A stretch of DNA of 64,000 nucleotides from an uncultured Ruficoccus sp. (GCA_965140785.1 OZ223481.1:640001-704000); one strand, 5' to 3'. Numbered from the stretch's first letter, positions 33,853-43,924 are shown. The notes: generated from the letters alone by a model not told the origin. Numbers and translations are program-made.

Positions 33853-34359
33853 CTATTGCTTTTCCACGCGCACGCGGAAGAATCGGACTGGCGAGGAGCT
33901 GGCATCGTAGGTGCCGGGGGGTGACAACCGACCACGAGACCATGTCCGCGGAGCCTTCGAGGACGACGTTGTAGTTGCCCGTGCTGTTGGTGGGGATGAC
34001 CACGGCGTTACTCGGCGTGGTGCTGGCCTTTTCCATTTCGTACAGGTAGGCGTCGTCCACCATCAGGGTGATGACGTCCTTCTGGCCCGGGAGCTGGATT
34101 TTCTTACCTGAAGCGATGTAAATGGGCAGGACCGGCACATCGCCGGTGGCGGGGTAGCGGTCGGCACACTCACGGCGAGGCCGTCCACGGTCATGTCCAC
34201 CGTGCCGTTATCGGAGAGCACGGTGACAATCTTCGCCACCTGGCCGCCGGGGACGGTGTAAGAGCCGCCGGAAGTGAGCGTGACGACAGCGGCACTCAGC
34301 ACGTTGGCGGTGAGCAGGGTGCTGGCGACGAGTAGAAAAGTGCGGAGGAGAGTTTTCAT
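33853..34359 (-). CDS. hypothetical secreted protein; two apparent frameshifts (about 34150 and 33920)
   Basis: Signal peptide ORF 34063-34359 joins 33758-34138; removing one G from the G-run at about 33916-33921 gives the end ...SADMVSWSVVTPGTYDASSSPVRFFRVRVEKQ*. Confidence 0.65.
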
Positions 34360-34590
34360 AACGGGGATCGGTAGAAGGTTTCACCCAGTAAATAAAGCAT
34401 GCGGTGGGTAGAGTCAAATAGTCGCAACTAAAGGTTTGGTTAATAAGGTGTTAAAATACAGGGGCTTCCTTGCTGGATGGGCGGTGGAGCGCGAAGCGTT
34501 TTTTCAGTGGGGATTGCGATTGGGGCGGAGATGATCCATAATTGGACATTACCCGGGCGTGCGTACAACCCGAATTGACCTTATTTGCTT

Positions 34591-35376
34591 ATGAATCTCG
34601 ACCCGCAGCAACAAAGCTCCCAAGCCCAGTTTGACCGCAACAGCGCCAACTACGGCCGCCAGCATATCCTGGCCCGGACCGACGACCTGGAGGCGGCCTT
34701 CGCTCATGTGCCGGCACCGGCTCGGGAGGCCCGCGCGCTGGATGTCGCCACCGGCGGCGGGCACACGGCGCTTTTCGCCGCCCGGCGCGGGTGGCAGGTG
34801 ACGCTGGCCGACCTCTCCGCCGCCATGCTGGAGAATGCCCACCGCCTACTTCAGGAGGAGGGATTCGGGGCCGAGCGGCGGCAGTTCCCGGCGGAGGAGT
34901 TTCCATTCGCGGACGGGGAGTTCGGTCTGGTCACCTGCCGGGTGGCCGCACACCACTTCAGCGACCCGGCGGCGTTTGTGCGGGAGACCTTTCGAGTGCT
35001 TGCGCCCGACGGCACTTTTGTCCTGATCGACGGCAGCCTGCCCGACGACCGGCCCGACGTGGACGCCTGGATGAACGCCGTTGAAAAATGGCGCGATCCC
35101 TCCCATGGCCGCCTGATCAGCCGCAAGGAGTGGACACAGATGGCCGAAGCTGCCGGATTTGAGGTCGTTTCGGCGGAGCTGAAGCCCTTTCTCCAGCCTG
35201 ATCTGGAGTGGTACTTCGAGACCGCCCGGACCAGCCCGGAGAACCGGCAAAAGGTGCTCGATGCCATTACCGCCATCTCCCCTGAAGTGCGTAAGAGCGT
35301 GCAACTGGCCGAGATGGACGGTAAAATTACCTGGGTCTGGCAACGGCTGGAGCTGGTTGCGCGCAAGCCGGCCTAA
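34591..35376 (+). CDS. class I SAM-dependent methyltransferase
   Basis: ALDVATGGGHTA, PFADGEF.LVTCRVAAHHF, RDPSH. Confidence 0.9.
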   Translation: MNLDPQQQSSQAQFDRNSANYGRQHILARTDDLEAAFAHVPAPAREARALDVATGGGHTALFAARRGWQVTLADLSAAMLENAHRLLQEEGFGAERRQFPAEEFPFADGEFGLVTCRVAAHHFSDPAAFVRETFRVLAPDGTFVLIDGSLPDDRPDVDAWMNAVEKWRDPSHGRLISRKEWTQMAEAAGFEVVSAELKPFLQPDLEWYFETARTSPENRQKVLDAITAISPEVRKSVQLAEMDGKITWVWQRLELVARKPA

Positions 35377-35435
35377 ACGGTTTAAATAATGGCAGAGCCG
35401 CTCCGCTCTTTACAGGCCCGGACGACTTTTATTTT

Positions 35436-35521
35436 TAACCACAGAGACACAAAGGCAAAAAGAACACAAAGAGGATTAGCCGTGTATAGTTCCAAACACC
35501 ACTCTGTGCCCTCTGTGGTTA
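35436..35521. repeat. imperfect inverted repeat (CACAGAG-type) between convergent genes
   Basis: TAACCACAGAGACACAAAG ... CTCTGTGCCCTCTGTGGTTA. Confidence 0.6.
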
Positions 35522-35535
35522 TAACATAAAATACT

Positions 35536-35973
35536 TTAATGGTGGTAGCCGGTCCCCTGGAGGATGGTGAAGGCGCGGTAGAGCTGCTCCAATAGGACGA
35601 CGCGGGCCATCTCGTGGGTGAAGGTCATGGGCGAAAGAGAGAGCAGGGTGTCAGCGCGGGCCTTGACCGCATCGCTCAGCCCGTAGGCTCCGCCGATGAG
35701 GAAGACCGCGTCCTGTCCGCCGGTGCGCAGGCTGTCGAGCCTCTGGGCCAGGGCGGTGGAAGGGCCACAGCGGCCCTCTTCGGCCAGTGCGAAAATATGC
35801 CCGCGCTCCTTTTCCAGGGCCTTGAGGATGCGCTCGCCCTCGCGCCCGGCGTCGGCATCGCGCAGCTCGATCATCTCCAGAGCGGTGTAAGGGCGCAGGC
35901 GCTTGGCGTACTCGCCGGCCCGTTCGCGCCAGGAGGGCTCCTTGAGTTTACCGACGGTGATGAGCTTAAGCAT
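35536..35973 (-). CDS. rlmH: 23S rRNA (pseudouridine1915-N3)-methyltransferase
   Basis: FLIGGAYGL, LSLSPMTFTHEMARVVLLEQLYRAFTI..G..YH. Confidence 0.95.
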   Translation of the reverse strand: MLKLITVGKLKEPSWRERAGEYAKRLRPYTALEMIELRDADAGREGERILKALEKERGHIFALAEEGRCGPSTALAQRLDSLRTGGQDAVFLIGGAYGLSDAVKARADTLLSLSPMTFTHEMARVVLLEQLYRAFTILQGTGYHH

Positions 35974-36059
35974 GGGCGGTGGGCGTCTGTGGCCAACGCG
36001 GATGTGGGGCCATGGCAGGGGACACGCCGGGTTGAGCCGTTGCCTGCATCGCGACGGTT

Positions 36060-37217
36060 TTACTTGGCCTGGGGCTCGGCAGCGGCGAGGAAGCCGCCGA
36101 CCAGCTCGTACAGCTCGGGAGCCTTGATGAGGAAGGAGTCATGGCCCAGGTCCATGTTGACCTCGGCGTAGCTGGCGTTCTTGCCGCAGCGGAGCATGGC
36201 GTGGACGATCTCGCGGTTTTGCTCGGGCGGAAAGAGCCAGTCCGAGGTGAAGCCGACCACGAGCGCGCGCGCCTGCATCTTCTCCAGCGAATCCTCCAGG
36301 CGGTTGCCTTCGCCGTAGAGGTCGAAGCGGTCCAGCGCCTTGGTGAAGTACAGGTAGGTGTTGGCGTCGAAGCGGTTGACGAAGCTCTTGCCCTGGTAGC
36401 GCAGGTAGCTCTCGACCTCGAATTCGACGTCGAAGTAGCCGCCGGCGTCGCGGGCCCGCTTGCGTACGCGGCCGAACTTGCGCTCCAGCCCCTCGTCGGA
36501 AAGGTAGGTGATGTGGGCCATCATGCGGGCCACGGCGAGGCCGACGTTCGGGCCCTGACCGGGCTCGTAATCGCCCTCGTGCCAGCCGGGGTCCTGAACG
36601 ATGGCGCTGCGGCCGACCTCGTTAAAGGCGATGGCCTGGGCGCTCTGGCGCGAGGTGGTGGCCATGGGCAGGATGGAGCGGACGCGCTCGGGGTACTCGA
36701 TCGCCCACTGGAGCGCCTGCATGCCGCCCATGGAGCCGCCGATGGCGCAATGGAGCACATCGATGCCGAGATGGTCGAGCAGACGCCGCTGTGCCCGGAC
36801 CATGTCGCGGATGCTGACCTGCGGGAAGGCCAGCCCGAAGCGCTTGCCGGTGGTGGGATTAATCGAGGCGGGGCCGGTCGAGCCCTGGCAGCCGCCCAGG
36901 CAGTTGCTGCACACGACGAAGTACTTCGTCGTGTCGATGGGCTTGCCGGGGCCGATCATGTTGTTCCACCAGCCGGGCTTGGCGTCCTGCAGGGAGTAAA
37001 CCCCGGCGCAGTGGTGGTCGCCACTGAGGGCGTGAAAGATGAAGATGGCGTTGTCGCGGGCGGCGTTGAGCTTGCCGTAGGTCTCGTAGCGCAGCGTGAA
37101 ACCCGGCAGCTCGCCCCCCTCCTCGAAGGTGAACGGCTCCTCACAGACAAAGTCGTGGTACTCGACCAGCCCGACTTCGCCCTCGTCGAGCACGGGCGCT
37201 GCTTCGGCATCATTCAT
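36060..37217 (-). CDS. metX: homoserine O-acetyltransferase
   Basis: HALSGDHH, GWW..MIGPGKPIDT, GGSMGGMQ, RFDANTY, GHDSFL. Confidence 0.95.
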   Translation of the reverse strand: MNDAEAAPVLDEGEVGLVEYHDFVCEEPFTFEEGGELPGFTLRYETYGKLNAARDNAIFIFHALSGDHHCAGVYSLQDAKPGWWNNMIGPGKPIDTTKYFVVCSNCLGGCQGSTGPASINPTTGKRFGLAFPQVSIRDMVRAQRRLLDHLGIDVLHCAIGGSMGGMQALQWAIEYPERVRSILPMATTSRQSAQAIAFNEVGRSAIVQDPGWHEGDYEPGQGPNVGLAVARMMAHITYLSDEGLERKFGRVRKRARDAGGYFDVEFEVESYLRYQGKSFVNRFDANTYLYFTKALDRFDLYGEGNRLEDSLEKMQARALVVGFTSDWLFPPEQNREIVHAMLRCGKNASYAEVNMDLGHDSFLIKAPELYELVGGFLAAAEPQAK

Positions 37218-37263
37218 GGAGGCAGTACTAAAAGCCCAAAACGGGCCGAAAGCACGCGAAAAC

Positions 37264-37890
37264 TTAAAACGCTTTTTCCGTTTTAATCAGCCGGATAAAC
37301 TGGCGGACGTAATCCTGAATGGAACCGTCAATGGCCATTGTGCACTGGTTTATCATCTCATAGCCGCTGCCACTCTGACTGGATTCACTCATAATGGGGC
37401 CGTATGTTCTTTTCATGCCCTGCATCTCAACCGTTATGAGGGTTGTGACCTGAGCTATCGTCTCAACCGAGCCCCAGCCGGCATCCAGATGGATTTCGGC
37501 TTTCTGGACATTGCCAGTCAGGAGGCCATCATACTCGTTTTTCAGTTGCTGATATTCGCTCATCGTGACCACATCGGCGTTGATGCCTGCTTTCCGGAGG
37601 GCGTCAACGCTGGCTTCAGCCAGGATCAGGCCGAGATTATCATTGCTGAGTATATCATCAATTTCCATGTCCCAGATGTTGAACACCGTGAAGAGGGTCT
37701 CGCCCTCCTCATTCTGGGGATAAGTGAACTCAACAACGGCAATGGTGGGCGTAGTCCCTGTTTCGGTGCGGATGGTGGGGACCGCCGCCACCGGCGTGTA
37801 CTTGAGCGTGGCCTTGGGGCTGGCACAACCAGCAAGGAGCGCGATGAATAATACAACAGATGGGACGAAGAGATAGCGTATGGTTTTCAC
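37264..37890 (-). CDS. hypothetical lipoprotein
   Basis: lipobox LLAGC after a hydrophobic signal peptide. Confidence 0.7.
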   Translation of the reverse strand: MKTIRYLFVPSVVLFIALLAGCASPKATLKYTPVAAVPTIRTETGTTPTIAVVEFTYPQNEEGETLFTVFNIWDMEIDDILSNDNLGLILAEASVDALRKAGINADVVTMSEYQQLKNEYDGLLTGNVQKAEIHLDAGWGSVETIAQVTTLITVEMQGMKRTYGPIMSESSQSGSGYEMINQCTMAIDGSIQDYVRQFIRLIKTEKAF

Positions 37891-37962
37891 ACGCTACTTC
37901 TCGCCAGCAGCCGCAAGGGCGGCAAGCTAATTTGCCGTTGACGCTGTATTAGCTGCGCGTCG

Positions 37963-38703
37963 TTAGCCCAAGAGGGACTCGTCGATGTCGAAATTGTGGT
38001 GGACGGCTTTGACGTCCTCCAGGTCTTCGAGCAGGTCCACCAGCCGGAGAATCTGTTTGGCGGTGTCCTTGTCGGTGATGCTGATCTCGTTGTTGGGCAG
38101 ATAGGCGATTTCGGAGGATTCGCAGGCGATGCCTTTGTCGGCGAGGGCCTGGTCAACGGTGTGGTATTCGCCGATCTCGCAGGTGACCTCGAAGTGGTCC
38201 TCGGCGTTTTCGACGTCCTCGGCGCCGGCTTCGAGGGCGACTTCCATCAGGGTGTCCTCGTCGGTGGCGTCGGCGGAAATGATGAACTGGCCCTTTTTCT
38301 GGAAATTGAAGGCGAGCGCACCGGCGCCGGCCAGGTTACCGTTGCACTTGGTGAAGGTGCTGCGGATTTCTGAGGCGCTACGGTTTTTGTTGTCGGTGGT
38401 GACTTCGACGATGAGGCCAACGCCGCCCGGGCCGTAGCCCTCGTACACCAGTTCGTCGTAGCTGACGCCGGGCAGTTCCCCGGTGCCCTTCTTGATGGCC
38501 TTTTCGATGTTATCGGCGGGCATGTTAGAGGCCTTGGCCTTCTGGATGCAGGTGCGCAGGCGCGGGTTGAACTCGGGGTCGCCGCCGCCTTCGCGGGCCG
38601 CGATGGTCAGCTCCTTGGAGATGACACTGAAAATCTTGCCGCGCTTGGCGTCAACCGCCGCCTTGGCGCGTTTAATTGTAGCCCATTTGCTGTGTCCGGA
38701 CAT
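37963..38703 (-). CDS. yebC: YebC/PmpR family protein
   Basis: MSGHSKWATIKR, NPRLR, YEGYGPGGV, TDNKNRS. Confidence 0.97.
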   Translation of the reverse strand: MSGHSKWATIKRAKAAVDAKRGKIFSVISKELTIAAREGGGDPEFNPRLRTCIQKAKASNMPADNIEKAIKKGTGELPGVSYDELVYEGYGPGGVGLIVEVTTDNKNRSASEIRSTFTKCNGNLAGAGALAFNFQKKGQFIISADATDEDTLMEVALEAGAEDVENAEDHFEVTCEIGEYHTVDQALADKGIACESSEIAYLPNNEISITDKDTAKQILRLVDLLEDLEDVKAVHHNFDIDESLLG

Positions 38704-38876
38704 GGCGAAATCTCAATGAAGGGGTTGGCTCTTCGTCAAGTGCGAAGAATCTGGGTAAACGGGGATTTTTGGGCCTCGGCGGGCGATGTCGATAGAAAAA
38801 AATGGCGCGGGCCTCCGCGGCCGAAGCCGGTGGGGTGGGTCTCTTTTTCCAAGGGTGAGAGGATTCGGGGAAGACA

Positions 38877-38915
38877 AAAAAGCCGGGAAACACATGGTGA
38901 TTCCCGGCTTTTTTT
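38877..38915 (-). terminator. intrinsic terminator after yidC
   Basis: AAAAAGCCGGGAA...TTCCCGGCTTTTT. Confidence 0.75.
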
Positions 38916-38931
38916 ATAAAATGAGCGTGCG

Positions 38932-40908
38932 CTAGCGCTTTTTCTTTTTCTGCTGGGGCAGACCCTTTCCGGTCAGGCTGCGTTTGGCGGCGCGCTGCTG
39001 CTCTCTGGCTGATTCCAGGCGGTCCCGGAAAGACTGCTTCTTGGAGCCGCCTCCGGGGTTGTCCTTGCTGCCGGCAGCGGCGAGGGCTTCCTCTTCGGGG
39101 TCGTCCTTACGGTGGTTGGTGATCCACTGCTGGCCGATGGTGAAGAGGTTCTGGCAGGTCCAGTACAGGACCAGGCCGGCGGGGAAATTATAGCAGAAAA
39201 ACAGGAAGACCAGCGGCATGAACTTGAACAGCGTGCGCTGCATGCTGTCCGTCGTCGGGGTGGGCGTCATCTGCATCTGGAAGAACATGGTGATGCCCAT
39301 GAGCAGCGGAAGCGGATTGATGGGGAACCCGGCGATATGGCCGACGGTGTCCGGGATGGACAGGTCGGGAATCCACAGGAAGGGCGCGAAGCGCAGCTCC
39401 GAGGCCGTCCGCAGCATGAAGTAAAACGAGAAGAAAATCGGGATCTGCACGAGCATCGGCAGGCAGCCGGCGGCGGGGTTGACCCGGTGCTCCTTGAACA
39501 ACTCCATGGTACGCTTCTGCATCTCCTGGGGGTTGTCCTTGTACTTCTCCTTGAGGTCGGCCATCAGCGGCTGGATCTTCGACATGCGCTTGGCCGAGCG
39601 CACCTGCACCTGAGTCAGCGGGTAGAGCAGGCTCTTGATGATGATCGTGATGATGATGATCGTGAAGCCCCAGCCCCAGGTCGGCGCGACATGGACCACG
39701 ACGCCGTGGACGGCGATCATGGCGTGGAGGAGAATCTTGCTGATGGCGCCGAAAAACCCGAACTGCATGACCAGGTCCTGCCGGTCGCCGAGGGCGGCCA
39801 GGCGGCTGTACTCCTTGGGCCCCACATAGTACTGCATGTGGTAGAGTTGTTGGCTGCCCTGGGTGAGGGCGTTGAGCTGGAAGCGGATGGCGCCGGTCAT
39901 ACCCTGCTCGGCCTCGGGGTCGTCCTCACCCTGGGTGAGGGAAACGGGCTGGGCGTAGATGCCGATGCCGGGCTCCTTGGGGGAGAGCACACCGGTGAAA
40001 AACTGGTTCTTGATCGCGCCCCATTCGACGGGCTCGATCGTCTCTTCGACCTTGTCCACGGGGGCTTTCTGGCCCATCCCGAAGAAGCCCTTGCTGCCCT
40101 TGAAGGTCTTCATCTGAATGAACTCGGCGTCCTCGCCGTTGTAATAGCCGAAGTTCAGGTAAGCGCCCCAGACGTCGCCCTCGGTGGGCGGGGCGGTGCC
40201 CACGTTGACGAAGATTTCGTTCTCGTTAAAGCTGACGTCAGACTCGTTGACGAAGGCGGTGGTGTGCTGGATGACGTAGGGGTCCTTGTCATCGCCGGTG
40301 CCCTGAAGCTGGTAGCCGCGCTTGATGCGCAGGCCATTCTCGGTCACGTACTCGAAGTTGACGCGGTCGTCCTCGTCGGAGTGGTACGTCATCTTGTAGT
40401 GCGGGGCGAACTCGTCCGGGGTGCCGTCGTTGTTGGTGTCGAGGCTGATGGCCAGCGCGGGCAGGACACCGCCGGCGTTAAAGACGTACGGCTGGTCGGA
40501 GTCGAGGGTAGCCGGGTACTTGAGCGTGCCGTTTTTGTCCTGGGCGACGAACTCGACGTGCTTGATGGCTCCGCCCCAGGTGGTGAAGGTGACGCGGATG
40601 GCGTCGTTTTCGAGGGTGATGAGCTCCTCGGCCTTGTCCGGCTGGGCGGCAGCCTCGACGGGGGCGGCGCTGTCGTCGGCCTGGACAAAGAAGTCGCGGG
40701 AGTCGCCCGTGTCGGTGGCTGTCTCAGCGGGGGCCGCCGGGGTGGTCCCGGTGTCGGGCTTGGCCGGCGTTTGCGGCTTCTGAGCGGTCTGGACTTCCTG
40801 GATCTGCTGCTGGAGGGCGCGTTCCTGCTGCTGGCGTCCCTGCCAGAAAATCATGAAAAAAGCGCCGCCGAGGAAGAGCAGCCCGAGAAAAATATTCTTT
40901 TTATCCAT
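38932..40908 (-). CDS. yidC: membrane protein insertase
   Basis: YVGPKEY, GCLPMLVQIPIF, FLWIPDLS.PD, PAGLVLYW; operon context. Confidence 0.97.
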   Translation of the reverse strand: MDKKNIFLGLLFLGGAFFMIFWQGRQQQERALQQQIQEVQTAQKPQTPAKPDTGTTPAAPAETATDTGDSRDFFVQADDSAAPVEAAAQPDKAEELITLENDAIRVTFTTWGGAIKHVEFVAQDKNGTLKYPATLDSDQPYVFNAGGVLPALAISLDTNNDGTPDEFAPHYKMTYHSDEDDRVNFEYVTENGLRIKRGYQLQGTGDDKDPYVIQHTTAFVNESDVSFNENEIFVNVGTAPPTEGDVWGAYLNFGYYNGEDAEFIQMKTFKGSKGFFGMGQKAPVDKVEETIEPVEWGAIKNQFFTGVLSPKEPGIGIYAQPVSLTQGEDDPEAEQGMTGAIRFQLNALTQGSQQLYHMQYYVGPKEYSRLAALGDRQDLVMQFGFFGAISKILLHAMIAVHGVVVHVAPTWGWGFTIIIITIIIKSLLYPLTQVQVRSAKRMSKIQPLMADLKEKYKDNPQEMQKRTMELFKEHRVNPAAGCLPMLVQIPIFFSFYFMLRTASELRFAPFLWIPDLSIPDTVGHIAGFPINPLPLLMGITMFFQMQMTPTPTTDSMQRTLFKFMPLVFLFFCYNFPAGLVLYWTCQNLFTIGQQWITNHRKDDPEEEALAAAGSKDNPGGGSKKQSFRDRLESAREQQRAAKRSLTGKGLPQQKKKKR

Positions 40909-40909
40909 G

Positions 40910-41218
40910 CTAACGTTTCATAGCTCCACTGCGCATCAGCAGGGTTGAGCGGCCGGGTTTTTCCGGCACAGGGTCGTGACCGCCAGGGTGGAACGGGTGG
41001 CAGCGGAAAATCCGCAGTAGGGCCATCCAGCTACCGCGCCACAGGCCGAAGCGCAGCAGGCTCAGGCGAGCGTACTCCGAACAGGTCGGGTGGAAGCGGC
41101 AGCCCGCATTGGGCCCGAGCAGGAGGCGTTTCATGGGAGAAAACACGACCTGATAGACCACCACGAGGGCGGCCGCGGCTCGGGCGGACAGGCTGGGAGG
41201 GTTCACGGAAGGCGGCAT
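40910..41218 (-). CDS. yidD: membrane protein insertion efficiency factor
   Basis: [27 protein letters not shown]. Confidence 0.93.
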   Translation of the reverse strand: MPPSVNPPSLSARAAAALVVVYQVVFSPMKRLLLGPNAGCRFHPTCSEYARLSLLRFGLWRGSWMALLRIFRCHPFHPGGHDPVPEKPGRSTLLMRSGAMKR

Positions 41219-41553
41219 TTTTTCGCCGCACGCAGGTATTGCTCCTGCAATTCGGCGAAAGTCAGTTGGTCAAATTGGGAACGGACAATGATGAGGACAT
41301 CGCATTCCGGCGGCAAGCATTCCTGGTTGAGCCGGAAAATCTCCCGCACCTGGCGCTTGGCCCGGTTGCGTTTGACGGCGTTGCCCACTCGGCGCGAGGC
41401 GATAACGCCCAGGCGGCGCTGCCCCGGAGGCACTCCCTCGCGCAAAGGATAGATGCGCATAATAAAAGCGTCGCAGTCGGCCCGGAAGCCTTCCCGGCGC
41501 GGCCGGTCGAAGTCAGCCCGCGTGCGCAGGTGCTGAGCGGCCCGGAAGCGCAT
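41203..41553 (-). CDS. rnpA: ribonuclease P protein component
   Basis: [28 protein letters not shown]. Confidence 0.95.
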   Translation of the reverse strand: MRFRAAQHLRTRADFDRPRREGFRADCDAFIMRIYPLREGVPPGQRRLGVIASRRVGNAVKRNRAKRQVREIFRLNQECLPPECDVLIIVRSQFDQLTFAELQEQYLRAAKKCRLP

Positions 41554-41565
41554 CGGTGGGCGAGG

Positions 41566-41703
41566 TTAGACTTGCGTCAGACGCTTGCGGCCCTTGGCGC
41601 GGCGGGCGGTGAGGACCTTGCGGCCCCCGCGGGTCTTCATACGGGCGCGAAAGCCGAACTTGCGGATGCGCTTCACGCGGTGCGGACGATAGGTTGGTTG
41701 CAT
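41566..41703 (-). CDS. rpmH: 50S ribosomal protein L34
   Basis: Below the ORF-track cutoff; manual translation [45 protein letters not shown]. Confidence 0.97.
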   Translation of the reverse strand: MQPTYRPHRVKRIRKFGFRARMKTRGGRKVLTARRAKGRKRLTQV

Positions 41704-41965
41704 GGTAGGTGCTGGTTAGAAGTTGGGAAATTGCGAAACCGCCTGAGAAAAGCGTTTTTTAGGCATGAGTCAAGCTTTGCTGAGGGAGAATACGCACCGT
41801 GTAAAAATCTTGTACTCATGAAAAATACCGGAACGGCTGCTCAAGCGGCCCTTTCTGTCCTTTGCGGGGAGGGTTTTATGAGTAATAAGCCCGTTCAGAT
41901 CCCCTACTGATTTTAGGTTTTACTTTTTTTTATTAATTGGATACAAAAAAAGAACAAAAAACAGT

Positions 41966-41992
41966 TAAAGGGCTTGGGAACTTCTCCGATAA
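41966..41992 (+). promoter_or_regulatory. sigma-28 (FliA/WhiG)-type promoter
   Basis: TAAA-N15-TCCGATAA (consensus TAAA-N15-GCCGATAA), ending 24 nt before the ATG; conserved before the paralogue. Confidence 0.65.
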
Positions 41993-42016
41993 GACGACTC
42001 GAACTATTTTATAGAT

Positions 42017-42922
42017 ATGCATACTACGAAATTCGCCATCCTTGCCGGCAGCCTGTCTCTGCTCATGGCTGCCCCCTTCGCATCCGGCGTTACTTACGCT
42101 ACCGATGATTTTGAATCCTATTCCGCTGGCTCTATTAATAATCAAGGCGGAGGTTCCGGCTGGTCCGGAAACTGGGCCGGGGGAGCCGGCCAGAGTATCG
42201 TCGATATGACGGGTAACGAGCTCAGCTACACGGTGAACGGTGGTAACACCATCAGTGGTGGCAACCGTTCCCTCCAGTTGAGTGGGACCAGCGAGATGGC
42301 GGCCAGCCGCGCATTATCCAGCCCGGAGAACGGCACGATCTACATCAGCTACCTGATGCGCGTGACGGGTACGACGATCCAGAACAACGACTTCGCCAGC
42401 ATGTGGCTGAACGAGCCCGGCGTTGCCGCGACGAATCCCGGCCCCTCCACCGGATTCAAGGCCAACAATGGGAACGGCACGGGCACAGAAGACTTCTTTA
42501 TCCGTCCCAACTATGACGGTAACCCCACCCATGCCGGCTATGCCGGAGATGTTGCCATGGATACCACCTATCTGGTGGTGGCCAAGTTCGAAGCCAGCGG
42601 TGGCGCCGGGACCAACTACGACACTTTCAGCCTCTGGATCAATCCCGACGCCTGGGATGAATATAATCCCGATGTGACTTATACCCGCACGAGTGACTGG
42701 GACGAGGTCGGCGTGATCGGCTTCCGTTCGGCCAACCTGAATACGTCCAGCGTCTATTTCGATAACTATTCGGTCACCGACAATTTCGAGGAATCCATTG
42801 GTGGGTTCGCTCCGACTGTGGTGCCCTTTGATCCAGGTTCCGGCCTGGGAATGGCTTTCGTCGGCTGGTTTGCCTGGCGCCGCTTCAAGCGTCGTCTGAG
42901 GGACAAGCAGGCGGCTGCTTAA
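42017..42922 (+). CDS. secreted surface protein with variant PEP-CTERM-like tail (VPFDPG)
   Basis: signal peptide, beta-rich G/S/T/N domain, C-terminal VPFDPGSGLGMAFVGWFAWRRFKRR (motif, TM helix, basic cluster). Confidence 0.85.
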   Translation: MHTTKFAILAGSLSLLMAAPFASGVTYATDDFESYSAGSINNQGGGSGWSGNWAGGAGQSIVDMTGNELSYTVNGGNTISGGNRSLQLSGTSEMAASRALSSPENGTIYISYLMRVTGTTIQNNDFASMWLNEPGVAATNPGPSTGFKANNGNGTGTEDFFIRPNYDGNPTHAGYAGDVAMDTTYLVVAKFEASGGAGTNYDTFSLWINPDAWDEYNPDVTYTRTSDWDEVGVIGFRSANLNTSSVYFDNYSVTDNFEESIGGFAPTVVPFDPGSGLGMAFVGWFAWRRFKRRLRDKQAAA

Positions 42923-42930
42923 ATTTTTAC

Positions 42931-42959
42931 GGGGTCCTCTCCACGGGGGACCCCTTTTT
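42931..42959 (+). terminator. intrinsic terminator
   Basis: GC stem GGGGTCC...GGACCCC followed by TTTTT. Confidence 0.75.
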
Positions 42960-42998
42960 ACGTCTGTCCTCTTCTTAAGCTCTCCTGTTTTACGCCTT

Positions 42999-43727
42999 AT
43001 GTCCTCCAGTGTGCTGTCGCTGCCGTCTGACAATCGGACGTCAACCCGTAGTTTTTTGCGCATTATCGGTTGGGCCCTGCTTTTGCTGGGCCTGATTGAT
43101 TATACTTACATCCTGATCGGGACGGATTGGATGAATCCGGTGGCCGAGCTGCGGACGGGGGGGCGCCTGGCCGAGCACATCGTGGCTCCGCTGCTGGGCT
43201 TGCTCTTCCTTCTGATCCCCGTCGGGGGGGATAAGTTTACCGTGGGCGAGGCCCGCGCACGTGCCCGTTTGGCCCGTTTGAGTCTGCTGCTGGGTATTTT
43301 TAGCCTGGCGCTGGTGCCGTTCATCCTGATCAGCGCCATCCGTATCCATCGCGCCTACGACAAGCAGGTGAGCACCTGGGTGAATCAGCAGGAAGAGCTG
43401 ACCGAGGGAGCGATCAAGAAACTCAACGACAAGCGCAGCCATGAGGAGGTGGAGGCCTTTGTGAGACCGCTTCCATTGGATGAAAACATGTTTTACGAGC
43501 CTGACTTGGAGGTCCTTAAGGAAAACTTGATTGAGAACTTCCACGAGATGAACACCGGTAATATCGAGCGCGCGAAGGCCCAGTTGGGCGCACGTCTGCG
43601 CAGCGTCTGGACGGACGCGGCCAAGTGGATGTTGACCGCCCTCATTGGGGCCGTGTCCTATTGGTTGATCGGGTGGAAAGGGCGCCGCTACGCGCGCTTG
43701 GCTGCCTCCGCCAAGGGGAAGAAGTAA
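42999..43727 (+). CDS. HpsJ-like membrane protein (3 TM, coiled region, 1 TM)
   Basis: LRIIGWALLLLGLID...WMNPVAELRTGGRLAEHIVAPLLGL resembles the HpsJ-family pattern (R.IGYGLL.L...D...FMNP.WE.Q..G.LVE.V.VPL.GL) and topology; recognised from memory, no search run. Confidence 0.65.
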   Translation: MSSSVLSLPSDNRTSTRSFLRIIGWALLLLGLIDYTYILIGTDWMNPVAELRTGGRLAEHIVAPLLGLLFLLIPVGGDKFTVGEARARARLARLSLLLGIFSLALVPFILISAIRIHRAYDKQVSTWVNQQEELTEGAIKKLNDKRSHEEVEAFVRPLPLDENMFYEPDLEVLKENLIENFHEMNTGNIERAKAQLGARLRSVWTDAAKWMLTALIGAVSYWLIGWKGRRYARLAASAKGKK

Positions 43728-43924
43728 AAAACTCTGCTCTCTAAAGAAGGTGGAAGGCCTTATTTCCCCCCTTTTTTAAACAGGAAGGCGAAAAAAAGCG
43801 CCCAGCTCGTCATTTTTGCCGCTGACGTGGCGGCCATAAGGTTATGGCACCCTTTAGGTGCCCTACTGCCTTTTGGTTTTACTCTTTCTTATAAAATGCA
43901 TACAAAAAAATAATAAAATTCTGC

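Noticed and set aside
41704..42016. oriC/dnaA expected upstream of rpmH
   Set aside because: No dnaA gene and no TTATCCACA boxes seen; the AT-rich part is explained by the duplicated promoter region.
42999..43727. Middle gene as the exosortase itself
   Set aside because: Only about 4 TM segments and no cysteine, so it lacks the exosortase catalytic Cys.
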